This document shows, one piece after another, positions 50,162-60,596 of a stretch of DNA of 64,000 bases. The position numbers and the translations under genes are program-made. The notes under the pieces were generated by a model. It ran no database searches, was not told the origin of the DNA, and was given only the letters and a program-made list of their open reading frames with translations. Location: positions 79,382 through 143,381 of the forward strand of contig JBBADJ010000001.1 of assembly GCA_041656495.1 (NCBI GenBank), in the 5' to 3' direction. The DNA is from Candidatus Ratteibacteria bacterium (GTDB lineage: Bacteria; Ratteibacteria; UBA8468; B48-G9; DTJG01). Position 1 is the first letter of the stretch; each line of letters opens with the position of its first letter.

Positions 50162-51162
50162 AGTCTCCCGCGACCATTCTTCTTATACGAACAGGCGCCC
50201 TCGGCGATATTATTACAATGATTCCTTTGTTTGAAGGAATAAAAGAGGCCTTCCCTAAAAGCCATATTACCCTTCTTACCCACAAACCTTTTGAAGAAGT
50301 TGTCGCATTTATTCCCGGACTTTCTCGCATTCTTTCCTTTTCAGGTTCGCGGCCACGAGATTTCTTTCAAATTCTTCTCCCTTTAAGAAAAGAACGATTT
50401 GATCTTGTCATAGATTTACAGGGAAACTTCAAAACAAACCTTCTTACCCTATGGTTCGGAAGAAACAAACGCGCGGGATTTACCAATAACCCGGCAAGGA
50501 ACTTTCTTCATATAGCGGAAGAACGGAATGTTTCTCACTTCACTGATTCCCATAAAGTTCTTCTGAAACGTTTAGGAGGAGATTCTATCAAACTTTCTCC
50601 GGCACGAATATATGAATCTCCCGAGGCAGAAAAGATATTTTCTTCTATCTCTGCACGCGGCCAATTTTCCGGGAAACCACGAATCCTTCTTCATCCTTTT
50701 TCAAGCAAAAGATGGAAGAGCAAACAGTGGATTCCAAAACGTTTTGCGGATCTTGCAAAAAAACTGGATAGCTCTGGGATGGAAGCGATTTTTATCGGAA
50801 TAGATCCTAATGGATACTTTCATGCAATAGAGCCTTATCTTTCTGGAAAAGAAATTACTTTAGTGAATCGTCTTACCTTTACCGAACTTATAGTCCTTAT
50901 GTACCGAAGCGCTGGAATCGTCACCACCGACAGCGGACCACTTCATGCGGCCGTTGCCTGCGGCCTTCCGGCAGTTGCTATTTTCGGACCGACTGATCCT
51001 ACATGCCACTGCCCAACCGGAGTAGAAGTTCTTTTTAAACCATGCCCTGTAGGTCCCTGCTATAGACCTCACTGCTTCCATCCTATCTGTATGGAAAAAA
51101 TTACCGTAGAAGATGTTCTCACCGCACTTAACCGCCTCCTTACAGAAAGAAATAGACCATGA
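50158..51162 (+). CDS. Glycosyltransferase family 9 (LPS heptosyltransferase-like), second copy
   Basis: ILLIRTGALGDIITMIPL N-terminal GT9 motif. Confidence 0.8.
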   Translation: MKSPATILLIRTGALGDIITMIPLFEGIKEAFPKSHITLLTHKPFEEVVAFIPGLSRILSFSGSRPRDFFQILLPLRKERFDLVIDLQGNFKTNLLTLWFGRNKRAGFTNNPARNFLHIAEERNVSHFTDSHKVLLKRLGGDSIKLSPARIYESPEAEKIFSSISARGQFSGKPRILLHPFSSKRWKSKQWIPKRFADLAKKLDSSGMEAIFIGIDPNGYFHAIEPYLSGKEITLVNRLTFTELIVLMYRSAGIVTTDSGPLHAAVACGLPAVAIFGPTDPTCHCPTGVEVLFKPCPVGPCYRPHCFHPICMEKITVEDVLTALNRLLTERNRP

Positions 51163-51842
51163 CAACCATTTCCTGTTGCTGTAACACCACGCGCCATAAA
51201 AAATTATTCGCCACAAAGGAATATACCATTGTTTCCTGTTCTTATTGCAATCTTGGCTTTGTAAATCCTCAACCCGATAAAGAAACTCTCTCTTCTTTTT
51301 ACCATTCTACCCAAACCTACTATGTTGAAAATTATGCGCGCAAAGAATCTTCAAAAATGCGGGACACCCGACGAAAAAGAAGACGGATCAGCCGTCTTCT
51401 TGGAAGAAAAAGCGATATATCTCTTCTTGATATCGGGTGCAGTTGCGATTTCCTTCTTGCGGCCGCACAAGATCGGAAATGGGAGACTTACAAAATAGAT
51501 AGAAGCAAAAAAGAGAGTGAATATGCAAGAAAAACCTATCAAGTACATGCATTGGTTACAGATTTCTCCCACAGCATTTCTCTTCCTCCAAAAGAGTTTG
51601 ATGCAATTACTATGTTTAATGTTATTAAACATCTCCAAAATCCACTCTCTGCTCTTCAGCTCTGCGATGACCTTCTTGCACCCGAAGGAATCCTTATCAT
51701 AGGAACCCCGGATTTTGGTCATTCCAAAGCACAACAACTTGGAGCACAATGGCCTGATATCAAACCACTGGAACATTTTTACTATTTTTCTCGCAAAACG
51801 CGCGCTCTTCTTTTTATAGGAGAGTTTTACAGGGTTCCATAG
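51159..51842 (+). CDS. Class I SAM-dependent methyltransferase with an N-terminal Cys-rich zinc-ribbon-like segment
   Basis: LDIGCSCDF motif I; N-terminal CCCNTT ... CSYCNL cysteine cluster. Confidence 0.7.
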   Translation: MTTISCCCNTTRHKKLFATKEYTIVSCSYCNLGFVNPQPDKETLSSFYHSTQTYYVENYARKESSKMRDTRRKRRRISRLLGRKSDISLLDIGCSCDFLLAAAQDRKWETYKIDRSKKESEYARKTYQVHALVTDFSHSISLPPKEFDAITMFNVIKHLQNPLSALQLCDDLLAPEGILIIGTPDFGHSKAQQLGAQWPDIKPLEHFYYFSRKTRALLFIGEFYRVP

Positions 51843-51915
51843 CAGACACAGATGAAACTCACTTTTACGAAAAGAAGATAATCTTTTTTTGATGATAGCA
51901 AAAGAGAATAAAAGA

Positions 51916-51944
51916 TTGTCTTCTCGCCCTATTTACACTATAAT
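51916..51944 (+). promoter_or_regulatory. Sigma-70-like promoter (TTGTCT-N17-TATAAT) upstream of msbA
   Basis: Hexamers and spacing seen directly. Confidence 0.4.
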
Positions 51945-52007
51945 GCAGAGTTGGAAAGAATAGAAATAGGCTGTGTTAAGTTCTGGCATACAGACAGGAA
52001 AAAGAGA

Positions 52008-53810
52008 ATGATTCGGGAATACCTTAAATTAAAACGCTACCTTCGGATACCTTTTGGGAGATTATATGCCGGCATACTTTTTGCATGGCTCTGTTCTCTT
52101 ACCAATGGTATTTCCCTTGGAATGATAGTACCGCTTGTAGACAGAGTCTTTCAACATTCTCCCATCGTACTTCAAAAACGACTTCCAGGACCATTACAGC
52201 ATCTTCTTGAATCCCTTCTCAATAAAATCAATGCCATGGATCCTATTCTTCTTCTAAAAACCGTTATTACGCTTATCGTGCTCCTTATGGTCGTCAAAGG
52301 CGCCACTTTCTATCTTCAGAACTATTTTCTTCACTATTTCAGTAAACGTATTATTGCAGATCTTAGAAACGCTCTGTATGAAAAGACTCTCTCTCTTTCT
52401 CTTGATTACTTCCATCGGAACAGGGCAGGGGAGATGATGAGCCGCATTACCTATGATATTAATCTTCTTGATGAATCGTTAAGCATAGGGTTTCCTACTT
52501 TTCTCTTTAAGTTTTTTGAAACCCTTGTCTATCTTACCATTATATTTTTTCTTATATGGAAACTCTCTCTTATCTCAATTTTTATCTTTCCTCTTCTTAT
52601 GTTGCCCCTCTGGAACCTTGGAAAAAAGGTTAGAAAACTTACCAAAAAAAATCAGGAAACCGTTGGAGCCATGACCAGCATTATCCATGAAGGCATCTAT
52701 GCGCAACCAATCATTAAAGCATTCAATAGAGAAAAATATGAAGTAGAGCGCTTTTCCCAAAAGAGCGAAACTATCTTCAAAATTCTTATGTCCACAATAA
52801 AACGACTTGCGATTGTTTCTCCCTTCACAGAACTAACCGCAACCTTTGGCGGCGCCTTGATTATCGTATACGGCGCGCGTCACGTAATGGCGGGCTCCAT
52901 CTCAACCGGAATCTTTATGCTCTTTCTTTTTGCGCTCTTTTCCCTTCTTAGCCCATTAAAATCGCTCGGTAACTCAAGCGTCTCTCTGCAACAGGGATTT
53001 ACCGTTCTTCCCCGGATCTTTACTGTTCTTGATGAAGATGCTAGCGTTCCTGATACAGGGAACGAAAAACTTTCCGAAATCAAGAAAACCATTGAATTCC
53101 GAAATCTTTCCTTTTCTTATGGTAAAAAAGAAATTCTCAAAAATATCAATCTTACGGTACAAGCAGGAGAAAAAATTGGAATTGTCGGTTCAACGGGAAC
53201 AGGAAAAACAACCCTTACCAACCTCCTTCTCAGATTCTATGATCCTACATCCGGCATGATCCTTATTGATGGAACCAATATCCAACATTATACTCTCGCC
53301 TCGCTCAGAGAACTCTTCGGACTCGTTACACAAGAACCCATTCTTTTTCGAGATACAGTGAGAAACAATATCTCATACGGAAAACATAATGCCTCTTTTG
53401 AAGAGATTGTTCATGCGGCCCAAAGAGCAAATGTCCATACACAGATCCTAAATCTTCAAGATGGATATGACACTATCATCGGTGAACGCGGCACCACACT
53501 TTCCGGAGGTCAAAAACAGATGTTAACAATCGCGCGCGCGATCCTGAAAAATCCTCCTGTCCTTATTCTTGACGAGGCAACCGCCTCTCTTGACAGCGCC
53601 TCGGAACAGCTTGTGCAAGAAGCACTCTCCAATGCTATGTCTGGAAGAACCGCCTTTATTGTTGCCCACCGCCTGACAACCCTTCAAATTGTAGACCGCA
53701 TTATTGTTATTGAAAAAGGAGTTATCACTGAAAGCGGATCCCATGCGGAACTTCTCCAACTAAACCGCTCCTATCGGAAATTCTGGGACCTGCAAACCGC
53801 CCAATCTTGA
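52008..53810 (+). CDS. msbA: Lipid A export ABC transporter (fused permease and ATPase), MsbA-like
   Basis: Six-TM N-terminal domain, Walker A GSTGTGKTT, ABC signature LSGGQKQ, Walker B ILDEATASLD. Start taken at the ATG at 52008. Confidence 0.85.
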   Translation: MIREYLKLKRYLRIPFGRLYAGILFAWLCSLTNGISLGMIVPLVDRVFQHSPIVLQKRLPGPLQHLLESLLNKINAMDPILLLKTVITLIVLLMVVKGATFYLQNYFLHYFSKRIIADLRNALYEKTLSLSLDYFHRNRAGEMMSRITYDINLLDESLSIGFPTFLFKFFETLVYLTIIFFLIWKLSLISIFIFPLLMLPLWNLGKKVRKLTKKNQETVGAMTSIIHEGIYAQPIIKAFNREKYEVERFSQKSETIFKILMSTIKRLAIVSPFTELTATFGGALIIVYGARHVMAGSISTGIFMLFLFALFSLLSPLKSLGNSSVSLQQGFTVLPRIFTVLDEDASVPDTGNEKLSEIKKTIEFRNLSFSYGKKEILKNINLTVQAGEKIGIVGSTGTGKTTLTNLLLRFYDPTSGMILIDGTNIQHYTLASLRELFGLVTQEPILFRDTVRNNISYGKHNASFEEIVHAAQRANVHTQILNLQDGYDTIIGERGTTLSGGQKQMLTIARAILKNPPVLILDEATASLDSASEQLVQEALSNAMSGRTAFIVAHRLTTLQIVDRIIVIEKGVITESGSHAELLQLNRSYRKFWDLQTAQS

Positions 53811-53990
53811 AGAGAGATGCAGTAAAAAAAACAGTAGGTTCTTTTTTTAACTCTTTCTCTATTGCTTCCAACATATACCGGGATCCATGCAATGCTAAAA
53901 GTATGCTTTTGATGATACGAAAGAGAAAAAAAAAAGATGAGAGCGAAACAAGAAGAAACAAAAAATGGAAGAGGGATTATCTTTATTCTT

Positions 53991-54263
53991 TTACACCGTG
54001 TTCTTTTCAGAAACCACAATATCAGTACATACCGCAGTATCCAATCCCAACTCTGTCTGCCCAACCCTTACCACATAAAGAGGAAAGGTTTGAAGAACTT
54101 CAACCTCACTTCCCGGAACAATGCCGTACGAGTAGAGTAGGGCTTTCCTTTTTCCGCATACTATTTCCACAACCGCTTTTTCGCCTCGGCGGAGTTCTGC
54201 GAGAGAACGGCCCCATGCATTATTTCTACACAACCCCCATCTACAACGTGTTTGCCTTCTCAT
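53991..54263 (-). CDS. feoA: Ferrous iron transport protein FeoA (start uncertain)
   Basis: FeoA SH3-like domain: LAELRRGEKAVVEIV ... LLYSYGIVPGSEVEVL ... VRVGQTELGLDTAVCTDIVV. Confidence 0.7.
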   Translation of the reverse strand: MRRQTRCRWGLCRNNAWGRSLAELRRGEKAVVEIVCGKRKALLYSYGIVPGSEVEVLQTFPLYVVRVGQTELGLDTAVCTDIVVSEKNTV

Positions 54264-56245
54264 GCCACACCCCCAAAGAGAGAGAGGGAATGTATTAGAA
54301 TCCCAATAAGTTTGCCTCCGATAATCGCAAGAAAAAAGACTGCGGTCGCAATCATAAGCGCGGTTTTAAGTCCGCGTTCACGCACCATCAGAAAAAATTG
54401 CGCACAACAGGGAATAAAGAGGGTAAAGACAACCGCGGCAATAACTGTCTGACCGACTGAAAGAAGTCCTTTCTGAAAAAGATCATAAAGCATGGCGGCC
54501 CCATAATCTCTTCGGAAAAAACCAGTAACAAAGACAATGCCGGATTCAAAGGGAAGCCCTAAAAATTTGGCAAAAAATCCAGAGATAGCATTGATTGTTT
54601 TCATTATTCCCACTACATCGCATAAAAAAAGAATAATGCTTCCAAAAAGAAAAATAGGAAGAACCTCCTTCATATACCACGAAACCCGATGCCCTGTCTT
54701 CAAGAAAACATTTCGCATCCCGGGCCTCCGCAATGGAGGAATTTCTATCACGCTCAACAATTCGTCTCCGCGAATAATACGGTCAAGAAAGGTTCCCACC
54801 ACTACCATAAAGAAAAGAATAGTCACCACCCAAACCGCAAGCGCCGCGAAAGAAATCCCTCCCAAAATACCTATCGTAACGCCAAGTTGCGCGGAACAGG
54901 GAACCGCAAGCGCCAGAAGAAAAGTGGCAATAAAACGCTCTTTCGCGCTTTCCAAAATACGGGTTGAAAGAGTCGCCATGGTCCCGCATCCAAGGCCAAG
55001 CAACATTGGAATCACCGCCCGTCCGCTTACACCAACAAGTTTGGCAACCCGATCGGCAAGCACCGATATTCTCGGCAGGTATCCGCTGTCTTCAAGAAGA
55101 GCAAAAAAGAAGAAAAAGGTGGTGGTAATAGGTAAAATAATGCCAAATGCATACGTAACCGCCATAGTGATAACTCCATAAGGACCGGTAAAAAATTCCT
55201 TTATCAATAATGGCGCGTCATGTAAGAGAGTGTTGACTACAGGTATAAAAAAACGATCAAAAAATTCTCTACCGATAAAATCCACTAAAAATCCCGCTCC
55301 AAACATTCCCACAAAAAGAAACATAACAACAAGAACCGCAATCGCGATAAACAGACCTGCCACCGGCTGAATCGCTACATTACCAATGGCTTCAAGAAAT
55401 CTATCGGCAGCCGGCTTTGTATTAAGAACCACCTGTTTCACAGAACGTTTCGCAATATCGGTGGAAACCTGCATCCACGAACTCGCAAGCATGGCGGGAA
55501 ACGATTCCTTCTGTTCTATACAGAATTTTTTTCCCACCTTATCCACACAATCTAAAAGTGCACGATCAAAAGTTTCACACTCAAAACGTTCCGGAGCGCA
55601 AAGCGCCACAATCGCGGCTCCCTTTCTATCAGGCTGTTCTAAAGGAAAACATTCTTCCGCTTCTGAAACAGCCATCGCAAGATCTGAAGAAAGGGGAGGA
55701 AAATAAGAACTGGAAGTTGCGGCATCTATCGCATCAAGAAGATCTTCAAACCCCACGCTTTTCACCGCAACCATCGGAACCACCGGAACATTGAACAATC
55801 GCTTGAGGATAGAAAAATCAATTTCAATTCCTCGGTGTTCGGCTTCATCTATCATATTCAACACAATAACCATCTTTCTTCCAAGAGCAGAAAGAAAAAG
55901 AGCGAGATAAAGGCCCCGGGAAAGATTTTTCACATCCACCACAAGAACTGTCGTCGCCTCTGGATAAGAAAAAACCACATCCCTCGCCACCCGCTCATCT
56001 TCGCTTCTTCCCGCAAAATCCGCAACACCGGGAGTATCAATCACTTCACGTTTTACTCCCCGAAACTCCATTACGCCCTGCAAAAGTTCTACCGTTGTAC
56101 CCGGATAATTAGAAACCGCCGCATAAGCGCGGGTAAGAAGAGAAAAAATAACACTCTTTCCCACATTTGCGTTACCTATCAGGATAACGGGAGGAGTAGA
56201 TAGTTGATGGTTCTCTTTCTGAGAAGGGATTTTTTCATCATTCAT
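54260..56245 (-). CDS. feoB: Ferrous iron transporter FeoB
   Basis: N-terminal G-domain (ILIGNANVGKS, DTPG) followed by a polytopic membrane domain with gate motifs. Confidence 0.9.
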   Translation of the reverse strand: MNDEKIPSQKENHQLSTPPVILIGNANVGKSVIFSLLTRAYAAVSNYPGTTVELLQGVMEFRGVKREVIDTPGVADFAGRSEDERVARDVVFSYPEATTVLVVDVKNLSRGLYLALFLSALGRKMVIVLNMIDEAEHRGIEIDFSILKRLFNVPVVPMVAVKSVGFEDLLDAIDAATSSSYFPPLSSDLAMAVSEAEECFPLEQPDRKGAAIVALCAPERFECETFDRALLDCVDKVGKKFCIEQKESFPAMLASSWMQVSTDIAKRSVKQVVLNTKPAADRFLEAIGNVAIQPVAGLFIAIAVLVVMFLFVGMFGAGFLVDFIGREFFDRFFIPVVNTLLHDAPLLIKEFFTGPYGVITMAVTYAFGIILPITTTFFFFFALLEDSGYLPRISVLADRVAKLVGVSGRAVIPMLLGLGCGTMATLSTRILESAKERFIATFLLALAVPCSAQLGVTIGILGGISFAALAVWVVTILFFMVVVGTFLDRIIRGDELLSVIEIPPLRRPGMRNVFLKTGHRVSWYMKEVLPIFLFGSIILFLCDVVGIMKTINAISGFFAKFLGLPFESGIVFVTGFFRRDYGAAMLYDLFQKGLLSVGQTVIAAVVFTLFIPCCAQFFLMVRERGLKTALMIATAVFFLAIIGGKLIGILIHSLSLFGGVA

Positions 56246-56448
56246 TTCAAGTCCTTATTAAAGCCTATGGCAGATCATTCTATGCACAAGGAAAAAATAG
56301 AATATTATTGTATCATATCTTTTCTTCCTTCCAAGAAACTTTTTTTCTTATCTTTTTTTATCTCCCTGCAATAGATTAAAAAAAGGTTGAAAACCAGCAA
56401 GGTCTTTCATTTGCAAATTTCACAAAAAAAGATATACTACCTTAACGT

Positions 56449-57618
56449 ATGCGCCATTATTTACAAACACTTATTATTTCAGGCGGATTCCTTCTTCTTC
56501 TCTTTTTTTCAGGATGTTCTGAACAAAGTGAAGTAGTAATCCAAAAAACAGAAGCAATCCCTGAAGATGGACTTTCTTCAGAAACCAGCTTTGCAGAAGA
56601 GGTCCTGACAGAAACCTCTCTACAAGAGGAGATTATTACTCCTGTTCTTACAAAGAAAACTCCTTCTCCTGTGGAACAGGCAACCCCTCCGCCCAAAAGC
56701 GCTTCTGTTATGCAGGATACTCCCATTGTAAAAGAAACAGAGCCTGTTGAAGATTCCACGCTTATTGCCAAATCAGAAAAAATCACCATTGACGAAGAGG
56801 ACGAACCAACCGATCCTTCCCAATCTAGCCAATCTGCGAGAGCACCCATTTCAAAAGCCACACTTCTTGCAATTCCTGGCGAATGTATCGTATACACGGT
56901 TCGTTGGAATTTCGCCCATGTAGGAAAACTTCTTCTTGCCTGTAAAAAAGAGAAATTGCAAGGATCAGATGTATACCATTTTGTCGGTATTACCCTTCCA
57001 GAAGGTCTTATGACCAAAGTAGGATACGGCTATAACCGATTTGATTCGTATGTAGATGTAAAGACCAATCTTCCGTTCTACTACTATGGTTACTATGCAG
57101 GAAGAAAAAGCTCTCAAATAACCACGACCCGTATCAATCAACGAAAAAAAGAACTCACCTATGAAACAAAAAAATACCGAAATAATGTCATGTATGCCAA
57201 AACAACGAATACCGTGCCATTTACTTCCTATGTTTATGATGGACTTTCGGTCTTTTACGGAGTAAGGGGAATGAACATTGGCAATCCTTGCAACTTTTCC
57301 CTTCCGGTCGGTATTACAAAAGTATGGAACCTCAGGGTATCGTTTATAGAAAAAAAGACACAAACATTTCCCTCAGTAGGACGGAGAAATTATGTGCTTC
57401 TTCATACAGAGGGCGATGAAGATCAAGGCATTTTCAAAGCAGGCAAACTTATGGTAGGAATCAGCGCCGATGAAGAAAAGATTCCTCTGTTTTTTAGAGG
57501 AAGCGTACCTTTAGGAACCGCCAACATAGATATTGTTGCAAGGGTTAATATGGGCGACAAATTATCCCTTGACAGCAAAAGTCTTACGAACCTGCTTCTT
57601 TCTCTTTCAAAAAAATAA
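56449..57618 (+). CDS. Lipoprotein, DUF3108-like beta-rich domain protein
   Basis: Signal peptide with a Cys in SGCS; low-complexity acidic/Ser-Thr-Pro linker; C-terminal beta-rich domain. Confidence 0.5.
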   Translation: MRHYLQTLIISGGFLLLLFFSGCSEQSEVVIQKTEAIPEDGLSSETSFAEEVLTETSLQEEIITPVLTKKTPSPVEQATPPPKSASVMQDTPIVKETEPVEDSTLIAKSEKITIDEEDEPTDPSQSSQSARAPISKATLLAIPGECIVYTVRWNFAHVGKLLLACKKEKLQGSDVYHFVGITLPEGLMTKVGYGYNRFDSYVDVKTNLPFYYYGYYAGRKSSQITTTRINQRKKELTYETKKYRNNVMYAKTTNTVPFTSYVYDGLSVFYGVRGMNIGNPCNFSLPVGITKVWNLRVSFIEKKTQTFPSVGRRNYVLLHTEGDEDQGIFKAGKLMVGISADEEKIPLFFRGSVPLGTANIDIVARVNMGDKLSLDSKSLTNLLLSLSKK

Positions 57619-57700
57619 TGGTCTATATTTCATTTCAACCCGTTTATAAAGCCTTCTTATTATTCACTCTATAAATATTAATACACTATCTGGATCCGCG

Positions 57701-58315
57701 ATGACGATTCTTTCAATTGAACTTTCCCACCGCCCCGCAAGTATTGCGATAAGCATAGAAGAAAAAATAGCCGCTTCTCTCGTATGGGAAAGCGAAGATC
57801 CTGGAAAAGAGCTTTTTACCGCAATCAACGCAATAGTAAAAATGGCAAAAATAGATAAAAAAAAAATTAGCCTTTTTGTGCCATCCTTAGGTCCAGGATC
57901 ATGGACAGGAATCCGCCTCGGTATGGGAGCGGCAATCGGTATGGCAGAAGCCAATATGGAAAAACTCTATCCTGTCGGATCTCTTGACGGCATAGGATAT
58001 GCGCTTCGCCATAACGGTAAAAGGGCAATTATTTTTTCAGCGACAGAACAGAAGTTTCATAGCGCAATTTTTTCTTCAGACCGCGATGCTCTTCATACTG
58101 AACCGTTTGCAACCTTAAACGAAGAGGATACCCGTATCCGTTTACAGGGATGCAAGATTGTTGCCTGCGCGGATTCCTCTGTAGAACAGACCTTTCTCAA
58201 TTCTCAGCGAATAACTCTTACAATCCCTCCTCAAGCGGCATTGAATGCACTTTTAGCGCTACGAAGAAAAAGTCTTGGCATCCCTCCAACACTTTCTCCC
58301 TTTTATGAGAAATAA
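57701..58315 (+). CDS. tsaB: tRNA threonylcarbamoyladenosine biosynthesis protein TsaB (YeaZ)
   Basis: ILSIELSHRPASIAI N-terminus and GPGSWTGIRLGMGAAIGMA motif of Kae1/YeaZ-family proteins lacking metal ligands; 204 aa. Confidence 0.8.
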   Translation: MTILSIELSHRPASIAISIEEKIAASLVWESEDPGKELFTAINAIVKMAKIDKKKISLFVPSLGPGSWTGIRLGMGAAIGMAEANMEKLYPVGSLDGIGYALRHNGKRAIIFSATEQKFHSAIFSSDRDALHTEPFATLNEEDTRIRLQGCKIVACADSSVEQTFLNSQRITLTIPPQAALNALLALRRKSLGIPPTLSPFYEK

Positions 58316-59441
58316 GATCATCTATCTAATTCCAAGCAAAAAACTTGGCGGAACAGAAAAAATGCTTGCACTCCTTGCAAAAAAGATCTCCTGCCATGGA
58401 TTCTCTCCAATGATTATCACCATGGACAAAAGAGGACCTTTCCACGATATGTTAGATCAAATGGCTGTGCCGAACTATGCACTTAACCTAAAACATACGC
58501 CATTACAAGGTATTTTCCGCCTTATCACGCGCTTTATCGCAATAAAACCGGTTCTTATCCATTCTTTTCTCTTCTGGGGGAACCTTTTAGGAAAAGCGCT
58601 TTGTATCTGTACTGGAACCCCTCTTATTATGTCGCAACGAAGTACCGACAATTGGAAAAAAAGCTTTCACTGGATCGCGGAATATTTTCCTCCCTCAATT
58701 CCCTCCGCGGTTATTTCCAATTCCACCGCGGGTATTCGCGCATTACACACCCATACTTCTCTTTCAAAGCACCGTATTTACCATATTCCCAATGGAATCT
58801 CTCTTGATTCTCTCTCCTTCATTCAACCAGATAGAGGCTATTATGGATTTTCTCAAAAAGAGATTATAGTAGGAAGCATTGGAAACCTACGGATTGCCAA
58901 AGGATATAACGATTTTCTCTATGCCGCGAAAATTGTCTTACACCATTATCCGAATACCATCTTTACTATTGCGGGCGAGGGACCTGAACGATCCTTTCTT
59001 GAAGAACTCGCAACAACTCTTTCTATTCAATCAAAGGTACGCCTTCCCGGATTTCTTTCTCCGGTGTATAATTATCTTGCCTGTTTTGATATTGTTGTTA
59101 TATCTTCCCTCTGGGAGGGATTCCCTGTAGCGGCGCTTGAAGCAATGGGAATGGGAAAACCAATCGTCGCTACCAATGTCGGAGACCTTTCTGAAATCAT
59201 AGAAGACGGTATTTCAGGTTTTTTAGTACCAGTGTCAAACCCTGAAGAACTTGCACAACGAATGATGCAACTCATTAAAGATCCTTCTCTGGCAAACTCT
59301 ATGGGAAAAGCGGCACGCGCTAGGGTAGAGAAACATTATCAACTGAAAAATATGATTGCGGCGCATAGTGCGCTCTATCAAAAGATTCTCAACAAAAGAA
59401 AGAACTCCCAGAAGACTATGTACAACACATCCTGTATATAA
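58305..59441 (+). CDS. Glycosyltransferase family 4
   Basis: N-terminal LGGTE motif; C-terminal EGFPVAALEAMGMGKPIVAT. Confidence 0.8.
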   Translation: MRNKIIYLIPSKKLGGTEKMLALLAKKISCHGFSPMIITMDKRGPFHDMLDQMAVPNYALNLKHTPLQGIFRLITRFIAIKPVLIHSFLFWGNLLGKALCICTGTPLIMSQRSTDNWKKSFHWIAEYFPPSIPSAVISNSTAGIRALHTHTSLSKHRIYHIPNGISLDSLSFIQPDRGYYGFSQKEIIVGSIGNLRIAKGYNDFLYAAKIVLHHYPNTIFTIAGEGPERSFLEELATTLSIQSKVRLPGFLSPVYNYLACFDIVVISSLWEGFPVAALEAMGMGKPIVATNVGDLSEIIEDGISGFLVPVSNPEELAQRMMQLIKDPSLANSMGKAARARVEKHYQLKNMIAAHSALYQKILNKRKNSQKTMYNTSCI

Positions 59442-59451
59442 GAGGTCCTTT

Positions 59452-59991
59452 ATGAAACAGAAAGAAAGAAGCAATAAAAAGAAAGAAATTCTCTCATGGA
59501 TATATGCGATAGCCTTTGTCTTGATATTACGGACATTTTTTGTGCAAGCATTCAAAATTCCAAGCACCTCAATGCTTCCCACATTAAAAGTGGGAGATCG
59601 CCTTCTCGCAAATAAAGTTCTTTATAAAATACGAGATCCCAAACGAGGAGAAGTTATCATCTTTAAATATCCCGAGGACCCTAAAAGAGATTTCGTCAAA
59701 CGTCTTATCGCACTTCAAGGCGAAGAGGTAAAGATTTATAGTGGAAAAATTTTCATCAACAACAATGAACTTACCTCTCCTGAAAATATAACTTCTCACT
59801 ACTATTACAGTGAAGGAGAGTATGGCACAACACACCCCACATTAGTTCCGGATAGATCTATTTTTGTCCTTGGCGACAACAGTTTTATCAGCAAAGATAG
59901 CAGATTTTGGGGGTTTGTTCCAGAAAAATATATTGTGGGAAAGGCGCTTTTTATCTACTGGCCTCCCTGGCGAATGGGAATCATACAATGA
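59452..59991 (+). CDS. lepB: Signal peptidase I
   Basis: SMLPTL (catalytic Ser), KRLIAL (catalytic Lys), GDNSFISKDSRFWG box E. Confidence 0.85.
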   Translation: MKQKERSNKKKEILSWIYAIAFVLILRTFFVQAFKIPSTSMLPTLKVGDRLLANKVLYKIRDPKRGEVIIFKYPEDPKRDFVKRLIALQGEEVKIYSGKIFINNNELTSPENITSHYYYSEGEYGTTHPTLVPDRSIFVLGDNSFISKDSRFWGFVPEKYIVGKALFIYWPPWRMGIIQ

Positions 59992-60596
59992 ATATATTAC
60001 GAAAAAAAGGGGCAATATCAAGAAGGAACCGTATCATTCACCTAAGAGAACAGGATATTTCCAACCTAAAAGCAATGGGGATCCGATTTCGGAGAGCTGA
60101 AAAAGAACGTCTCCGTTTAAACAAAGAACTTACAGAATGGCAAGAACGCGCAAAACGCCTTGCCGCAGAACTAGATAATTTTCGGAAACGAGCAGAAAAA
60201 GAGAAGATGGAAACTCGTCAATATGCCATTGCCTCAACCGTACAGCATCTTCTTGGCTTTGATGAACTCTTTTCAAAAGCGCTCTCTGGACTCACTGGAT
60301 CCGATAAGAACAACCATACTATTATGGTCGGAATCAAAATGATCGGGAAGGAGTTTGACAATCTTCTCTCTTCACTCGGTATTGCAAAAATTCCCACTGT
60401 AGGCGAGACATTTAATCCCTCCCTCCATGAAGCGATAGATATAGAAGAAAGCAGTGAATACAAGCCTAACACTATCCTCAAAGAGCTTCGGCCCGGATAT
60501 ACATTAGAAGGGAAACTCCTTAGAGCCGCACAGGTAAAGATCGCAAAAGAAGCAAAAACATCCCTTCACAAGCCTCACCCCCCTTCAGATGTATGA
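59988..60596 (+). CDS. grpE: Nucleotide exchange factor GrpE
   Basis: Coiled-coil N-terminus, FNPSLHEAI and a C-terminal beta-domain; ATGA overlap with lepB. Confidence 0.8.
   Translation: MNILRKKGAISRRNRIIHLREQDISNLKAMGIRFRRAEKERLRLNKELTEWQERAKRLAAELDNFRKRAEKEKMETRQYAIASTVQHLLGFDELFSKALSGLTGSDKNNHTIMVGIKMIGKEFDNLLSSLGIAKIPTVGETFNPSLHEAIDIEESSEYKPNTILKELRPGYTLEGKLLRAAQVKIAKEAKTSLHKPHPPSDV

Noticed and set aside
53807-54298. 163-aa plus-strand ORF between msbA and feoB
   Set aside because: It overlaps, on the opposite strand, an ORF with a clear FeoA domain that is coupled to feoB, and it matches no recognisable family.
56246-56448. Possible Fur box in the feoB upstream region (AATATTATTGTATCATAT)
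   Set aside because: The match to GATAATGATAATCATTATC is weak, with imperfect dyad symmetry, so it is not annotated as a feature.
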